The notes under the pieces: generated by a model
Database searches by the model: none
What the model saw: the letters and a program-made list of their open reading frames with translations, nothing else
What the model was told of the DNA's origin: nothing
Part shown: in pieces, positions 10,378 to 19,502 of the stretch
Numbering within the stretch: position 1 is the stretch's first letter
Layout of the letters: the number at the start of each line of letters is the position of its first letter
Made by a program: the position numbers and the translations under genes
Assembly (NCBI GenBank): GCA_041690135.1
Contig: JAWLHY010000004.1
Span: 288,001 to 352,000, forward strand
From: Armatimonadota bacterium
GTDB taxonomy: Bacteria; Armatimonadota; SYMT01
Direction of reading: 5' to 3'
DNA length: 64,000 bases

Positions 10378-11016
10378 GACGTCCTCCCGAAACACGGCAT
10401 CCACGACCCGGCGAGATGCATACTGCAGCCCCAACAGGTAGGCGGTGCCAAGCACTTCTTTCTCTACCGGCTCCGGCAAACCGGACGCCCGGATGATCTG
10501 CTTCTCCTCGCGGAGAATGCCTTCCGCATCTTCATCTTCCCATAAGATGAGGAACGGCGCCAGTTCCGGGAACTCCCCATTACGGATTCGCTCGGCGAAC
10601 TCCCAGAGGAACACTCTTTCGAACCGGTACTCATTGGACAACCCGGCTGCCGCCCGCACCAGGCGGTCCGGAGCACTTCTCGCCGGCCCGGGTCGCAGGT
10701 AGATGACCAGGAGGATCACCACCCGGTTCAGGCTCTCTTCCAGGGTCAGCGCCTTGAGGATCCAGCCGCGGAGCCGGTCCCGGTCGAAGCTCCACACGTA
10801 CTCCAGGCACAGACCGAAGGGCGGCTCCTCCGGTGAGCCGTCGTAGAGAAGCACGTTGTCGGCGTGTAGCTCCTTGACGATGACGCCGGTGTCCTCCAGG
10901 CGCACTTCGTCCGGCTCCGCCGGGAAGCCGGCCACACGGAAGAAGGTCCAGGGCGCCACGCGGGCTACCGTCTTGACAGCCAGGTCGTATGGGTCGTGCG
11001 GGAGTTCGAAGGTCAC
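10060..11016 (-). CDS. Rpn-family (PD-(D/E)XK-like) protein with GREE repeats and DUF4351-like C-terminus
   Basis: PYDLAVK N-terminus, LHADNVL...CLEY, LAPFLIL, then EKGREEGREEGREEGREEGR and LLRKRFGELP..RIE. GTG 11016 with SD GGGAGA. Confidence 0.75.
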   Translation of the reverse strand: MTFELPHDPYDLAVKTVARVAPWTFFRVAGFPAEPDEVRLEDTGVIVKELHADNVLLYDGSPEEPPFGLCLEYVWSFDRDRLRGWILKALTLEESLNRVVILLVIYLRPGPARSAPDRLVRAAAGLSNEYRFERVFLWEFAERIRNGEFPELAPFLILWEDEDAEGILREEKQIIRASGLPEPVEKEVLGTAYLLGLQYASRRVVDAVFREDVMKLEEMGLIGERIAERLAEADLRARTEGLEKGREEGREEGREEGREEGRVEEARALCFRLLRKRFGELPYEWVRRIEHTDAEGCATLLERALEVETLPELWQATE

Positions 11017-11101
11017 TCGTAGTTCTCCCTGGAGAAAACCAGGTGGCGGCAAGGTCCGGCGCGAGCGCAGAGGTCGGCTGCCTCTCTTCTGCCGGGAAAC
11101 C

Positions 11102-12016
11102 CTAGCTCACAAAGTTCCGGAGGTACCTTCCGGACTGAATTAAGGATCTCTTCCGGTCTTCGAGGGAGCCTTCGTAGGCCCGGTCTTCCACCTCGATGCA
11201 GACGGGACCGGTGTAGCCGACGTCGGTGAGGGCGGCGAAGAAGCCGGACCAGTCCACGTCGCCCAAGCCCGGCAGCTTGGGGGTGTGGTACTCCAGCGGG
11301 TGGGCGAGAATGCCGACCTGGTCCAGGCGGTCGCGGTGGAGGCGCACGTCCTTGGCGTGGACGTGGACCAGCCGGGAGGCGAACTCTCGGATCGGGGCGA
11401 CTTCATCCATCTGCTGCCACACCAGGTGGGAAGGGTCGTAGTTCAGACCGAAGTTGTCCGCGGGAATCTCCTCGAACATCCGCCGCCAGATCGCGGGGCT
11501 CACGGCGAGGTTCTTGCCGCCGGGCCACTCGTCGCGTGTGAACAGCATGGGGCAGTTCTCGATGCCGATGCGCACGCCGTGATCGCGGGCGAACCGGACG
11601 AGCGGCGGCCATACCTCGCGGAAGCGCGGCCAGTTGTCGTCCACGGATTTCGCCGGGTCGCGGCCGACGAACGTGTTCACGCGCTCGATCCCCAGCAGGC
11701 GCGCCGCACGAATGACGTGGTGGAGGTGGTCGATATAGACCTGTGCCTCTTCCCGGTCCGCCGCGAGGGGGTTGGGGTAGTAGCCAAGGCCGCTGATCTC
11801 CACGCCGGTCCTCGCCATGGTTTCCCGCACCCGCTCCGCGTCGTCGCGGGTGAACCCGGTCACATCCAGGTGGGTCACCCCCGCGTAGCGGCGCTCCGCC
11901 TTGCCCCGGGGCCAGCACATCACCTCGATGCAATCGAAGCCCTGCTCGGCGGCAAATAGCGCGACTTCTTCCAGCGACAACTCGGGCAAAATGGCGGTTA
12001 CAAATCCCAGCTTCAT
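11102..12016 (-). CDS. Sugar phosphate isomerase/epimerase (xylose-isomerase-like TIM barrel)
   Basis: [33 protein letters not shown]. Start [10 protein letters not shown] overlaps the rvt stop (ATGA). Confidence 0.92.
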   Translation of the reverse strand: MKLGFVTAILPELSLEEVALFAAEQGFDCIEVMCWPRGKAERRYAGVTHLDVTGFTRDDAERVRETMARTGVEISGLGYYPNPLAADREEAQVYIDHLHHVIRAARLLGIERVNTFVGRDPAKSVDDNWPRFREVWPPLVRFARDHGVRIGIENCPMLFTRDEWPGGKNLAVSPAIWRRMFEEIPADNFGLNYDPSHLVWQQMDEVAPIREFASRLVHVHAKDVRLHRDRLDQVGILAHPLEYHTPKLPGLGDVDWSGFFAALTDVGYTGPVCIEVEDRAYEGSLEDRKRSLIQSGRYLRNFVS

Positions 12017-14397
12017 GAAACGATCTCCGGTCCCGGGTCCTCTTCGAAAGTACTGGCTTGCATCTGGTTCAAAAGAATGAGCTGAAGCGGCACCAACTCC
12101 GTAAGGAGAAAGCGGAAACTTCCGAACGTCTCCAGCACCCCCGGTCCGTAGGTGTAGATCACCCACTCCCACGTGGGGCTGAGGCCCGCCTGCTCCCGGC
12201 CGCTAACTTCGCCGCCGCGCGCAATAAAATCCTGCAGCAGCCCGGCCATGGCCGGAGTCCGCTCCGGCCCCTCCAGGGGAAGGGGGCGAGCCAACCCGGA
12301 ATAGTAAAACGGAGTGGAATTGGGCGGGCCGAACGGGATCTCCTCTTCCGCTTCCAGCATCGCAAGCGAGGGTGTGGGAGAGGAAGCTAGGCCTTTCCGG
12401 AAACCCGCTACCGGCGTGAGAGGCTGCGCGAGCCCCAGGCCACCCGCTGTGATGGGCCAGTAGAGGAGTGCCTCCGGAAGCGCCTCGACTTCGCGGGCCA
12501 GGTCCGGGAAGCGGTCCCGCATCCGGCGGCGGACTTCCGCGACCATGCCATGGCCCGGTCCGAACAGCCCCTGGTGAAGCTGCGCAAGCCGCTGCCCCAC
12601 TCGCTGCAGATGGTCGGCGTCCAGGCGGACCGGAAGGCCGAGGAAGCGCCAGACGAAATAGAGGTGCGCGTTGTACCGGGCGATCATCCCCAGCACGGAC
12701 GGCTCTTTCTCCGCCTGGCGGCGCATCCACGCCCGCATGGTCTCGATGGCCTCATCGTCCGGCAGCCACTCCCCCGAGGGATGGAGACGCAGCAAACCCC
12801 ACCGCGGCAGGCTCTCCGGCAGTGCCGTCGGAAGCTCTTCCGGGGTTCCCAGGCAAACCGCGCCCGACTTGCGCTCGTTCGGCTCCAGCCCCGCGGCCGT
12901 ACAGAAGCGGCGGATCGCCTCCCAGGCGCTCACGGCCTGTTCGGGAGACACGGCGACGCAGTAAAGGTCGTCGATCAGGCGCGCTGCGCGGAGATCCGCC
13001 GATGCGTGGATGTGGATATCCAGGAGCAGGAGCAGGAAGTCGGCCAGCACCGCGCCCAGCAGGTGGTCCAGCAGCACGCCCTGGGTGAGAGGATGCACTG
13101 CCCCCTCGTGCCGCACGCGGACCGCCAGGTACCGGCGGAAGAACTCCTGCCAGACTGGTGGGAAGCCCAACTGCTCGATCAGGAGCAGGGCGACCGCATG
13201 CGGTATCCGCAGGTAGTAGTCGCGCAGGTCGGTCTGGACCACGTAGACCGGCTGGTCCGGATGGAGCGCCTGGAGCGTCCGGATCTCGGCCTGGACGTGA
13301 GCGAGGAGCTGCTCGTGCAGAGTCGGGGTTTCCAGCGAGCGGGAGGATTTGCCGTAGCCGCCCCCGTACCCGCCGGAGGAGGTCAACTCCAGGAGCGACC
13401 ACGGTATCATCGGCAGGAAGAACTGCCCCGCGCGACTGCGCTGGAGGGTCGGCAGGGGGCCATCCCAGTCATCCTCCCCCATCACCCGCGTGGGAGAAAA
13501 GACCCCCCGGTACCCGTTGATGTGCTGCTGGAACTGGCTTTTGAGGCGCATCCCCCAGCGCAGGCCGAGGAGTTGAAGGAAGAGGAGCGTGAGGAGATCC
13601 TCGTCCAGGTACGGACGCCACTTGTTGCGTACCCAGAGGGTGCGGAGCGTGAGACCCTCTTCGGGCCAGTCCCACTCTTCCAGGTGGTGGAGCAGGATGG
13701 TGAGTGCTCCCGCGTACTCGGCCACCTGGACGTCGCTACTCCGGATCGCGATGGCCTGCTGGCGGAGCTGCGGTTGGCGGTAGACGCTCCCCGCCAGCAT
13801 TCCGAGGAGCGCTTTGACCTCGTCGGTCGATACCGGCGCCCGGCTCTCGCCGTCCCCGAATGCCTGCACGTCCTTCCGGACCTCCTCCAGCACCTTGGGG
13901 TGGCGAGAGAGCAGTCCCCGCAGGAAGTCGAGGTCGATGGGAGTCTCGGCATTCGACCAGAGGAACGACCAGTCCGGGCGCTCCCGCTCCGGCTCGTCGG
14001 AGGCGGCGACCGGATCAGCTCCCTCCGGCGTGGGCGGGCTCACCCAGTCTTCCAGCAGGCGACCGAAGAGGTGGGCGTACTCGGCCCGGCGGCGGCCATA
14101 GCCCAGTTCTTGCTCCAGGCGCCTGGTCCAGTCCCGTACTTGTTCCGGCGAGGCGACCCCCAACTCCGCTTCCAGGAGCAGGAGGTCGAGGTTGCCGGCA
14201 TCCGGATGGAGGGGCCTGCGGGCGAACCGGGTCTCGCGCAGCCCTTCTTCCAGCACGCGCAGCTTCTCTTCCGGGGTGGCGGCTGCAACGGCGCGCGCGG
14301 CCGTCCCGGCGTAGTGCGCGGTGAGACGGTCTCGCTGGCGGCGGAGCTCGGCCAGCTTGATCCGGGCGAGGTGGAGATTGGATTCTTCGTTTGCCAT
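12013..14397 (-). CDS. rvt: Reverse-transcriptase-related rvt-family protein (non-mobile RT)
   Basis: RT motifs [30 protein letters not shown] and RLIDDL. Also rvt-type flanking blocks: KLAELRRQR coiled coil, [72 protein letters not shown]. Confidence 0.85.
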   Translation of the reverse strand: MANEESNLHLARIKLAELRRQRDRLTAHYAGTAARAVAAATPEEKLRVLEEGLRETRFARRPLHPDAGNLDLLLLEAELGVASPEQVRDWTRRLEQELGYGRRRAEYAHLFGRLLEDWVSPPTPEGADPVAASDEPERERPDWSFLWSNAETPIDLDFLRGLLSRHPKVLEEVRKDVQAFGDGESRAPVSTDEVKALLGMLAGSVYRQPQLRQQAIAIRSSDVQVAEYAGALTILLHHLEEWDWPEEGLTLRTLWVRNKWRPYLDEDLLTLLFLQLLGLRWGMRLKSQFQQHINGYRGVFSPTRVMGEDDWDGPLPTLQRSRAGQFFLPMIPWSLLELTSSGGYGGGYGKSSRSLETPTLHEQLLAHVQAEIRTLQALHPDQPVYVVQTDLRDYYLRIPHAVALLLIEQLGFPPVWQEFFRRYLAVRVRHEGAVHPLTQGVLLDHLLGAVLADFLLLLLDIHIHASADLRAARLIDDLYCVAVSPEQAVSAWEAIRRFCTAAGLEPNERKSGAVCLGTPEELPTALPESLPRWGLLRLHPSGEWLPDDEAIETMRAWMRRQAEKEPSVLGMIARYNAHLYFVWRFLGLPVRLDADHLQRVGQRLAQLHQGLFGPGHGMVAEVRRRMRDRFPDLAREVEALPEALLYWPITAGGLGLAQPLTPVAGFRKGLASSPTPSLAMLEAEEEIPFGPPNSTPFYYSGLARPLPLEGPERTPAMAGLLQDFIARGGEVSGREQAGLSPTWEWVIYTYGPGVLETFGSFRFLLTELVPLQLILLNQMQASTFEEDPGPEIVS

Positions 14398-14424
14398 AGA
14401 TGCTCCAGGATCCCCGAATTCCGC

Positions 14425-14647
14425 CCCGACCCTGAACGGTCGGGCTCGTGTAAGGCATATTGCCCACCTCCGTGGGCGCTCGGCTCGCGTTCAGAACTGC
14501 GACAGTATCTTCGGACGACGCGTTGGTTCCAGGCGTGGGGGTGAACTCCATCAGAGGGTAGACCGTGCCCGCGGAGGTTCACGCCCCGCGGGGGTGCGGG
14601 GACGGCGCCGTAGCGGAGCCCCAAGGTTTAGCTCGGGGCTCCCCGCA
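14425..14647. repeat. Cluster of four hairpins (REP-like, or a structured leader) upstream of rvt
   Basis: Stems at 14425-14444, 14462-14477, 14534-14590 and 14615-14642; alternative pairing 14595-14602 with 14640-14647. Confidence 0.6.
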
Positions 14648-14649
14648 TC

Positions 14650-15798
14650 TCAAACCTTAAACCAACGCTCCTCTTGATGGCTGCGAAGAATGGCCTCGCA
14701 GATCAGGAGGTCGCGGTGGCCGTCCGCGAAGGTGGCGTAGGGACCCGAGCCCGAGAAGTCGCCGGCGGCGATGGCGCCGTAGAAGGCGCGGAAAGTCTGC
14801 TTGAACGTGTCGCCGTACCCCTCGTTATGGCCGCCGGGATAGCTCACCGCCCCCCGGGCCGCCACGCTCAGGAGGGAGGGATCGCGGATCAGGGAGCGGT
14901 TCGGCTCGTCCCGGCGACCGATCCAGAGTTCGTTGGGGCGCTCGCTGTCCCACGCGAGGGACTGCTCCGAGCCGGCAATCTCGAACCGGAGGCAATTCTT
15001 CCTGCCCGCCGTCACCTGCGACACCCAGAGGTTGCCCCGGGCGCCCGTGTGGTAGCGGAGCATGGCGCAGCCGTAGTCGTCCGTGGTGATCGGGATGGGG
15101 TGCGTTTCGGCGGCGGGACCTTCCTTGCTCTTGAAGGTCTCCACCTCTCCCGCGGGCCGGTGGCGCACGGGATGGACCGTCTTCAGATCGGCGCAGACCG
15201 CCTCCACCTCCAGGCCGGTGATGGCGTGGGTGAGGTCGAGCCAGTGCGAGCCGATGTCGGCGACGGCCCGGAGGTCGCCGCCCTCTTCCGCCAGCACCCG
15301 CCAGTTGTAGTCGGTGGCGTAGAGGAGCCAGTCCTGCGAGTAACTGCCGTTGACGTGCAGGATCTCACCCAGGTCGCCGCGCCGGACCCACTCCCGCGCT
15401 TCCAGGCAGAGGGGATAAAATCGGATGTTGTAGCAGACGGCGGCGGCCTGTCCGGGGCGCCGGCTTGCCAGCTCGACCAACTCCGCCGACTCCATTGAAG
15501 TCATTGCGAGCGGCTTCTCGCACAGCACGTGCTTGCCCGCCAGAAGGGCGGCACGGGCCATCTCCACGTGGAACCGGTTGGGAACGCAGATATGGACCGC
15601 CTGCGCGTCGGGGTCCGCCAGCAGCTCCTCGAAGCTCCCGTAGGCGCGGGGGATGCCCCAGCGCTCCGCCACCTGGCGGGACTTGCCCTCGCTGCTGCCC
15701 AGGATCCCCACCACCGGCACCCCGGCGCGGCGGAGCCCCTCGGTGTGCACCGCCCCCATGAACCCGGTCCCGACAACGGCTGCGCCGATCCTGCTCAC
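14650..15798 (-). CDS. Gfo/Idh/MocA family NAD(P)-dependent oxidoreductase
   Basis: [26 protein letters not shown]; GTG start with SD AGGAG. Confidence 0.94.
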   Translation of the reverse strand: MSRIGAAVVGTGFMGAVHTEGLRRAGVPVVGILGSSEGKSRQVAERWGIPRAYGSFEELLADPDAQAVHICVPNRFHVEMARAALLAGKHVLCEKPLAMTSMESAELVELASRRPGQAAAVCYNIRFYPLCLEAREWVRRGDLGEILHVNGSYSQDWLLYATDYNWRVLAEEGGDLRAVADIGSHWLDLTHAITGLEVEAVCADLKTVHPVRHRPAGEVETFKSKEGPAAETHPIPITTDDYGCAMLRYHTGARGNLWVSQVTAGRKNCLRFEIAGSEQSLAWDSERPNELWIGRRDEPNRSLIRDPSLLSVAARGAVSYPGGHNEGYGDTFKQTFRAFYGAIAAGDFSGSGPYATFADGHRDLLICEAILRSHQEERWFKV

Positions 15799-15886
15799 TC
15801 GATCACCCCTCTCCTAACGACAGGTCACCTTACGCGGTAGTTCGCACGGCCAACCCGGATCGCCTGCAGCTTCTTTTATACCGGCA

Positions 15887-16837
15887 TCACAACTCTGACA
15901 CTGGCGGTCCACCTTCCCAGAGTGGCCGTGCCAGGTAGCGACTGCACGCGTAGTTCCGCCGTTGCAAGCGGCGCAGGGTCACTCCGCCTACCAGCAGGTT
16001 GAAACAACCTTCCCGGCATTCGATGATCAGATGGCCGGCTTTTTCTCCAGGCCGCATCACGGTGCCGTCGCGATAGTCGATATCACCGGGACGGGGGCAT
16101 TCTCCCGGCTGCAGGCGATGCGGCCACCATTTGGGTGGGTACGTCGCCTTGACGAGGTGCAGAGGAACGATCTTTCGAATGGCTGCGTTCTCGCCCGTAT
16201 CCGCGACACGGAAGGTTGCCTGTTCCATGCGGATTGGAAGATCGAGGTACTCGGTTCCGTAGAACCGGAGTTCGACGGCGCCTCCCCCGCGAACTCCGGA
16301 CGCGAGGAGACGGAACTGGCCGTGGCTGGAATGCACGCCGCTCCACTCCAGTTCAGCAACGGACCCTCCCAGATAGTCCGCCAGAGAGCTTCCAGGTTCG
16401 TCGTGGTAGAAACCCATCACCGCGTCGCTGCGAAACACATAGTCCACGGCTGGATGCAAGGGACTGGGCAACTCCATTGGGTGCAGGTAGAGCGCGACGG
16501 ATTGACAGCTCACTTCGCACTTGCGTCCCTCGGAAGAAATGCGAACCTTCTGTGCGGACGGAACAGCACCAGAAGCAGGAAACCGGGAGCCGGCCAACTC
16601 CTCGACCGGTCCATCTAACGCGACCTGGAGCGGTACGGTATCCGGGAAGAACCGCGGCAACCGAACGTACCGGGGCTCCCTCAAGACGAGGTACGCAGGC
16701 ACCCACTCGGAAGCATCGTCCAAACGAACTTCCCCGCGGAGTAACAGTCGACTCCCTTTGGCCGTGTACAGCCAACAGTCCCATCCCCGCCACTCGCTGA
16801 CGTGCGTGAAAGGGACCGTAGATAGCATTTCATCCAT
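15887..16837 (-). CDS. Hypothetical protein with an apparent two-fold internal domain repeat
   Basis: Overlaps the upstream gene stop and fills the gap. Halves share L.x.x.Y..LP...A and .I....G...V...V.L patterns. Confidence 0.55.
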   Translation of the reverse strand: MDEMLSTVPFTHVSEWRGWDCWLYTAKGSRLLLRGEVRLDDASEWVPAYLVLREPRYVRLPRFFPDTVPLQVALDGPVEELAGSRFPASGAVPSAQKVRISSEGRKCEVSCQSVALYLHPMELPSPLHPAVDYVFRSDAVMGFYHDEPGSSLADYLGGSVAELEWSGVHSSHGQFRLLASGVRGGGAVELRFYGTEYLDLPIRMEQATFRVADTGENAAIRKIVPLHLVKATYPPKWWPHRLQPGECPRPGDIDYRDGTVMRPGEKAGHLIIECREGCFNLLVGGVTLRRLQRRNYACSRYLARPLWEGGPPVSEL

Positions 16838-17528
16838 ACTCCCAGAAACGCGTAATCGACACCTCGCGAAAATCCCATCGCACGGGAAAGACCCCGTCCC
16901 CGTCGATCATCTCGGGATCGATCAGCTTCGCGTCGCGGTTGCGTTTCCAGAAGGTGGTCCGAATCTCCGCACGAGCCTCGTCGGCGGAGTTCCCGCGGGT
17001 GAGCTCCTGGATCAGGTTGAGGTAAGGCAGCCAGTTCCGCTCGTAGCCCCGCACGCGCGGCGCCGCCTGCTCATACGGCCGGCGCACCACGAGCCATTGC
17101 AGCGCCCGCGCGTATTCCGCCCAGAACGGCGTCAGGGGCGAATACTTTTGCACGAGCGGATCGACCGCTGTGCCGACCATGCGCTCCGCCAGTTCCCACT
17201 CGGAGAGAAGCCACGCGATGTGGACGAGCGTGATCGGGTTTGCGACGGATCCTTCCGTGGGCCGTCCCTTCTCCCGCAGCGCCGCATACAGCGTATCGTT
17301 CAGTTCACCGGCACGGTGCAGCAGCGAGCCTACCGGCACTTCGATCAGGTAGGCCCTCCCCTCTTCGGTGCTGCGGAACCGGCCGACAGCGTAGCTGAGG
17401 TAGGCCGTAAGAGCGGTTCTCAGGCAGGCTAACTCGTGGGGCACGCTGCCTTCCCGCCGCCAGTTTTCCGCGGCCGCCACCGATGCCTGGGCCGCTTCTT
17501 CCCGCTGCTCAACGGTAACCTTCAACAT
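16830..17528 (-). CDS. Hypothetical all-helical protein (possible immunity-protein-like)
   Basis: Starts 6 nt after the sulfatase stop; helical pattern ending in DGDG..PVRWDFRE. The family call is only a recollection of similarity. Confidence 0.55.
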   Translation of the reverse strand: MLKVTVEQREEAAQASVAAAENWRREGSVPHELACLRTALTAYLSYAVGRFRSTEEGRAYLIEVPVGSLLHRAGELNDTLYAALREKGRPTEGSVANPITLVHIAWLLSEWELAERMVGTAVDPLVQKYSPLTPFWAEYARALQWLVVRRPYEQAAPRVRGYERNWLPYLNLIQELTRGNSADEARAEIRTTFWKRNRDAKLIDPEMIDGDGVFPVRWDFREVSITRFWEYG

Positions 17529-17534
17529 GCGGCT

Positions 17535-19040
17535 TTACTGGTTCTTTAGCCACGTGTCGTAAGCGTGGGCCCGGGCGCCGGTGTACTGGTACGTATCGAA
17601 GATGGCGCCGTTGCCGAGGATGCGGGGGTCCCGGTCCTCACGGAGCGAAGCCTCCATCTCCTTGCGAAGCTGGGCTTTGGTGGCCGCGAGGGCGGGGTCG
17701 CTGACCAGGTTGTTCACACACGCGGGATCGGTGGTGATCCGATAAAGCTCCTCGGCGGGACGCTTGCCGAACGAGAGCTGGTAGAAACGGTCGAACTTGC
17801 GCAGCAGGAACTGCATGGTACGGCCGTCGTCGCAGTTGCGGTAGCCCGTTTCCGGGTTGCCGGAAGGCCACCGTTCCGGGTGGTAGTTGTGGACGTAGAG
17901 GTACTCCGGCGTGCGGATGGCCCGTGCGGGGTAGCCCCAGTCGTTCGGGCGGCCCAGGTCGTGCCGCTCCTTCCCGACCACGATCCGGTTGCGGGAGGAG
18001 TCGACCCAGCCGGACTTCTCCGACTTGAGGGCCGCGAGAAAGCTCTTGCCGGTCATCTCGGCGCCGGGCTTCAGGCCGGCCGCTTCCAGGAGGGTCGGTG
18101 CGAAGTCGCGGACGTTCACGAAGTCGTCCACCTTCCGGCCGCCGCGGACCTGTTTACCCCACCGGACCGCCAGGGGCAGGTGGAAGCCGTCCTCGTAGAT
18201 CTGACCCTTCACCCGCGGGAAGGGCGCGCCGTGGTCCGAGGTCACGACGACCAGCGTGTTGTCGAGCTCGCCGGCCTCTTCCAGCTTCTTCAGGATGCGG
18301 CCGAGGTGCTGGTCGAACCACTCCACTTCCAGGCCGTAATCCAGGTAATCGCTGCGGATCACGTCGGAGTTCGGGTAGTAGGCGGGGAGATCGACGGCCT
18401 TCACGTTCCGGCCGGCCCGCTCCGCCGCCCCTTCGTCGTAGGCGCGGTGCGGCTCGCTGGCGCCGTACCAGAAGTAGAACGGTTGCCCCGGCTTCCGCTG
18501 CGCGAGGAACGCCTCGAAGTTGCGGGCGTAGTCGATCGCGTTCATCGCGGCGTAGGGGGGCTTGCTGCGATGCTGGTTGTACGCCGGGCCGGCCGGGTTG
18601 CGCTTGAAGCCGCCCGCGGCGAAGTCTCCCGGCCCCCAGCCCTTCCCGGTGTAGCCGACGTGATACCCGGACTTCTCCAGCACGTCCGGGAACACCGGCC
18701 ACTTCGCCGGGAAGACGCCGAAGTGGTTGCAGGCCTCTTCCAGTTGCCAGGTGTTGCGGCCGGTGAGGATGCTGGCGCGGCAGGGGCTGCACTTGGGGTT
18801 GTTCGTGAAGCAGTTGTTGAACAGCACCCCCTCGCGGGCCACCCGATCGTAGGCGGGGGTGTTCACCCACTTGCAGCCGTACACGCTCGCGTGGCCGTAG
18901 CCCCAGTCGTCCGCGATGGCGAAGAGGATGTTCGGGGGCTTGCGGCCGTCTTCCTGGGCGGAAGCGGCGGTCAACAGCGGAGCGGCGAGCAAGACGCTGA
19001 CCAGGATGGTCAGGAATTTGAGAGGGTTGCGCTGGAGCAT
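17535..19040 (-). CDS. Cys-type sulfatase, N-sulfoglucosamine sulfohydrolase-like, secreted
   Basis: Signal peptide, PNILFAIADDWG, CSPCRASILTG, TGKGWGPG, EPHR, TSDHG, ERHD. Confidence 0.93.
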   Translation of the reverse strand: MLQRNPLKFLTILVSVLLAAPLLTAASAQEDGRKPPNILFAIADDWGYGHASVYGCKWVNTPAYDRVAREGVLFNNCFTNNPKCSPCRASILTGRNTWQLEEACNHFGVFPAKWPVFPDVLEKSGYHVGYTGKGWGPGDFAAGGFKRNPAGPAYNQHRSKPPYAAMNAIDYARNFEAFLAQRKPGQPFYFWYGASEPHRAYDEGAAERAGRNVKAVDLPAYYPNSDVIRSDYLDYGLEVEWFDQHLGRILKKLEEAGELDNTLVVVTSDHGAPFPRVKGQIYEDGFHLPLAVRWGKQVRGGRKVDDFVNVRDFAPTLLEAAGLKPGAEMTGKSFLAALKSEKSGWVDSSRNRIVVGKERHDLGRPNDWGYPARAIRTPEYLYVHNYHPERWPSGNPETGYRNCDDGRTMQFLLRKFDRFYQLSFGKRPAEELYRITTDPACVNNLVSDPALAATKAQLRKEMEASLREDRDPRILGNGAIFDTYQYTGARAHAYDTWLKNQ

Positions 19041-19252
19041 GGGCGTTCAGGCTTTCAGGCGGTCAGGCATCCGGGCAGACGATCTGCGAATTGGGCGATT
19101 GTGGCGAATGGGAATGGGGACCAGGTGCTCGGGTGCTCGGGTGCTCGGGTGCTCGGGTGGTCAGGTGTACGGGTCTCGGGCAATCGAGAGACAGTTTGCT
19201 TGAGGCCAGCTGGCGTTTGGGCTCTTGAACAGAGCGGCGCCGTCACCCGGCC

Positions 19253-19500
19253 TCTCTGGCGGGCGGGACCCCCGCGCCACTCTCCGGGTCCACTTCGGCT
19301 TCTCTGGCGGGCGGGACGCCCGCGCCCCTTTTGACCGGCGTCTTGCTGAAGTTTGGTCTCTGGCGGGCGAGACGCCCGCCCCACCCTTTGCGGCTACCTG
19401 GATGCATTCCAGGTGCGGGTGCAGAGTCCTGGTCGGGGACAGCGCCCCGACCCTACCCCTCATTGGGTACCGTGGCGGGCGGGACGCCCGCGCTCCTACC
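19253..19500. repeat. REP cluster (GGCGGGCGGGACGCCCGCG family)
   Basis: Direct copies at about 19253, 19301, 19357 and 19473, plus a different hairpin ggtcgggg-acagcg-ccccgacc at 19431. Confidence 0.8.
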
Positions 19501-19502
19501 AC

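Noticed and set aside
12013-14649. Retron or group II intron interpretation of the RT
   Set aside because: No retron NAxxH/VTG motifs or a1/a2 repeats, and no YADD, maturase domain or domain V/VI; the stop overlaps the next gene.
19253-19500. CRISPR array
   Set aside because: Repeats are degenerate, spacing is irregular (48, 56, 116 bp), the motif is a REP-type palindrome and there are no cas genes.
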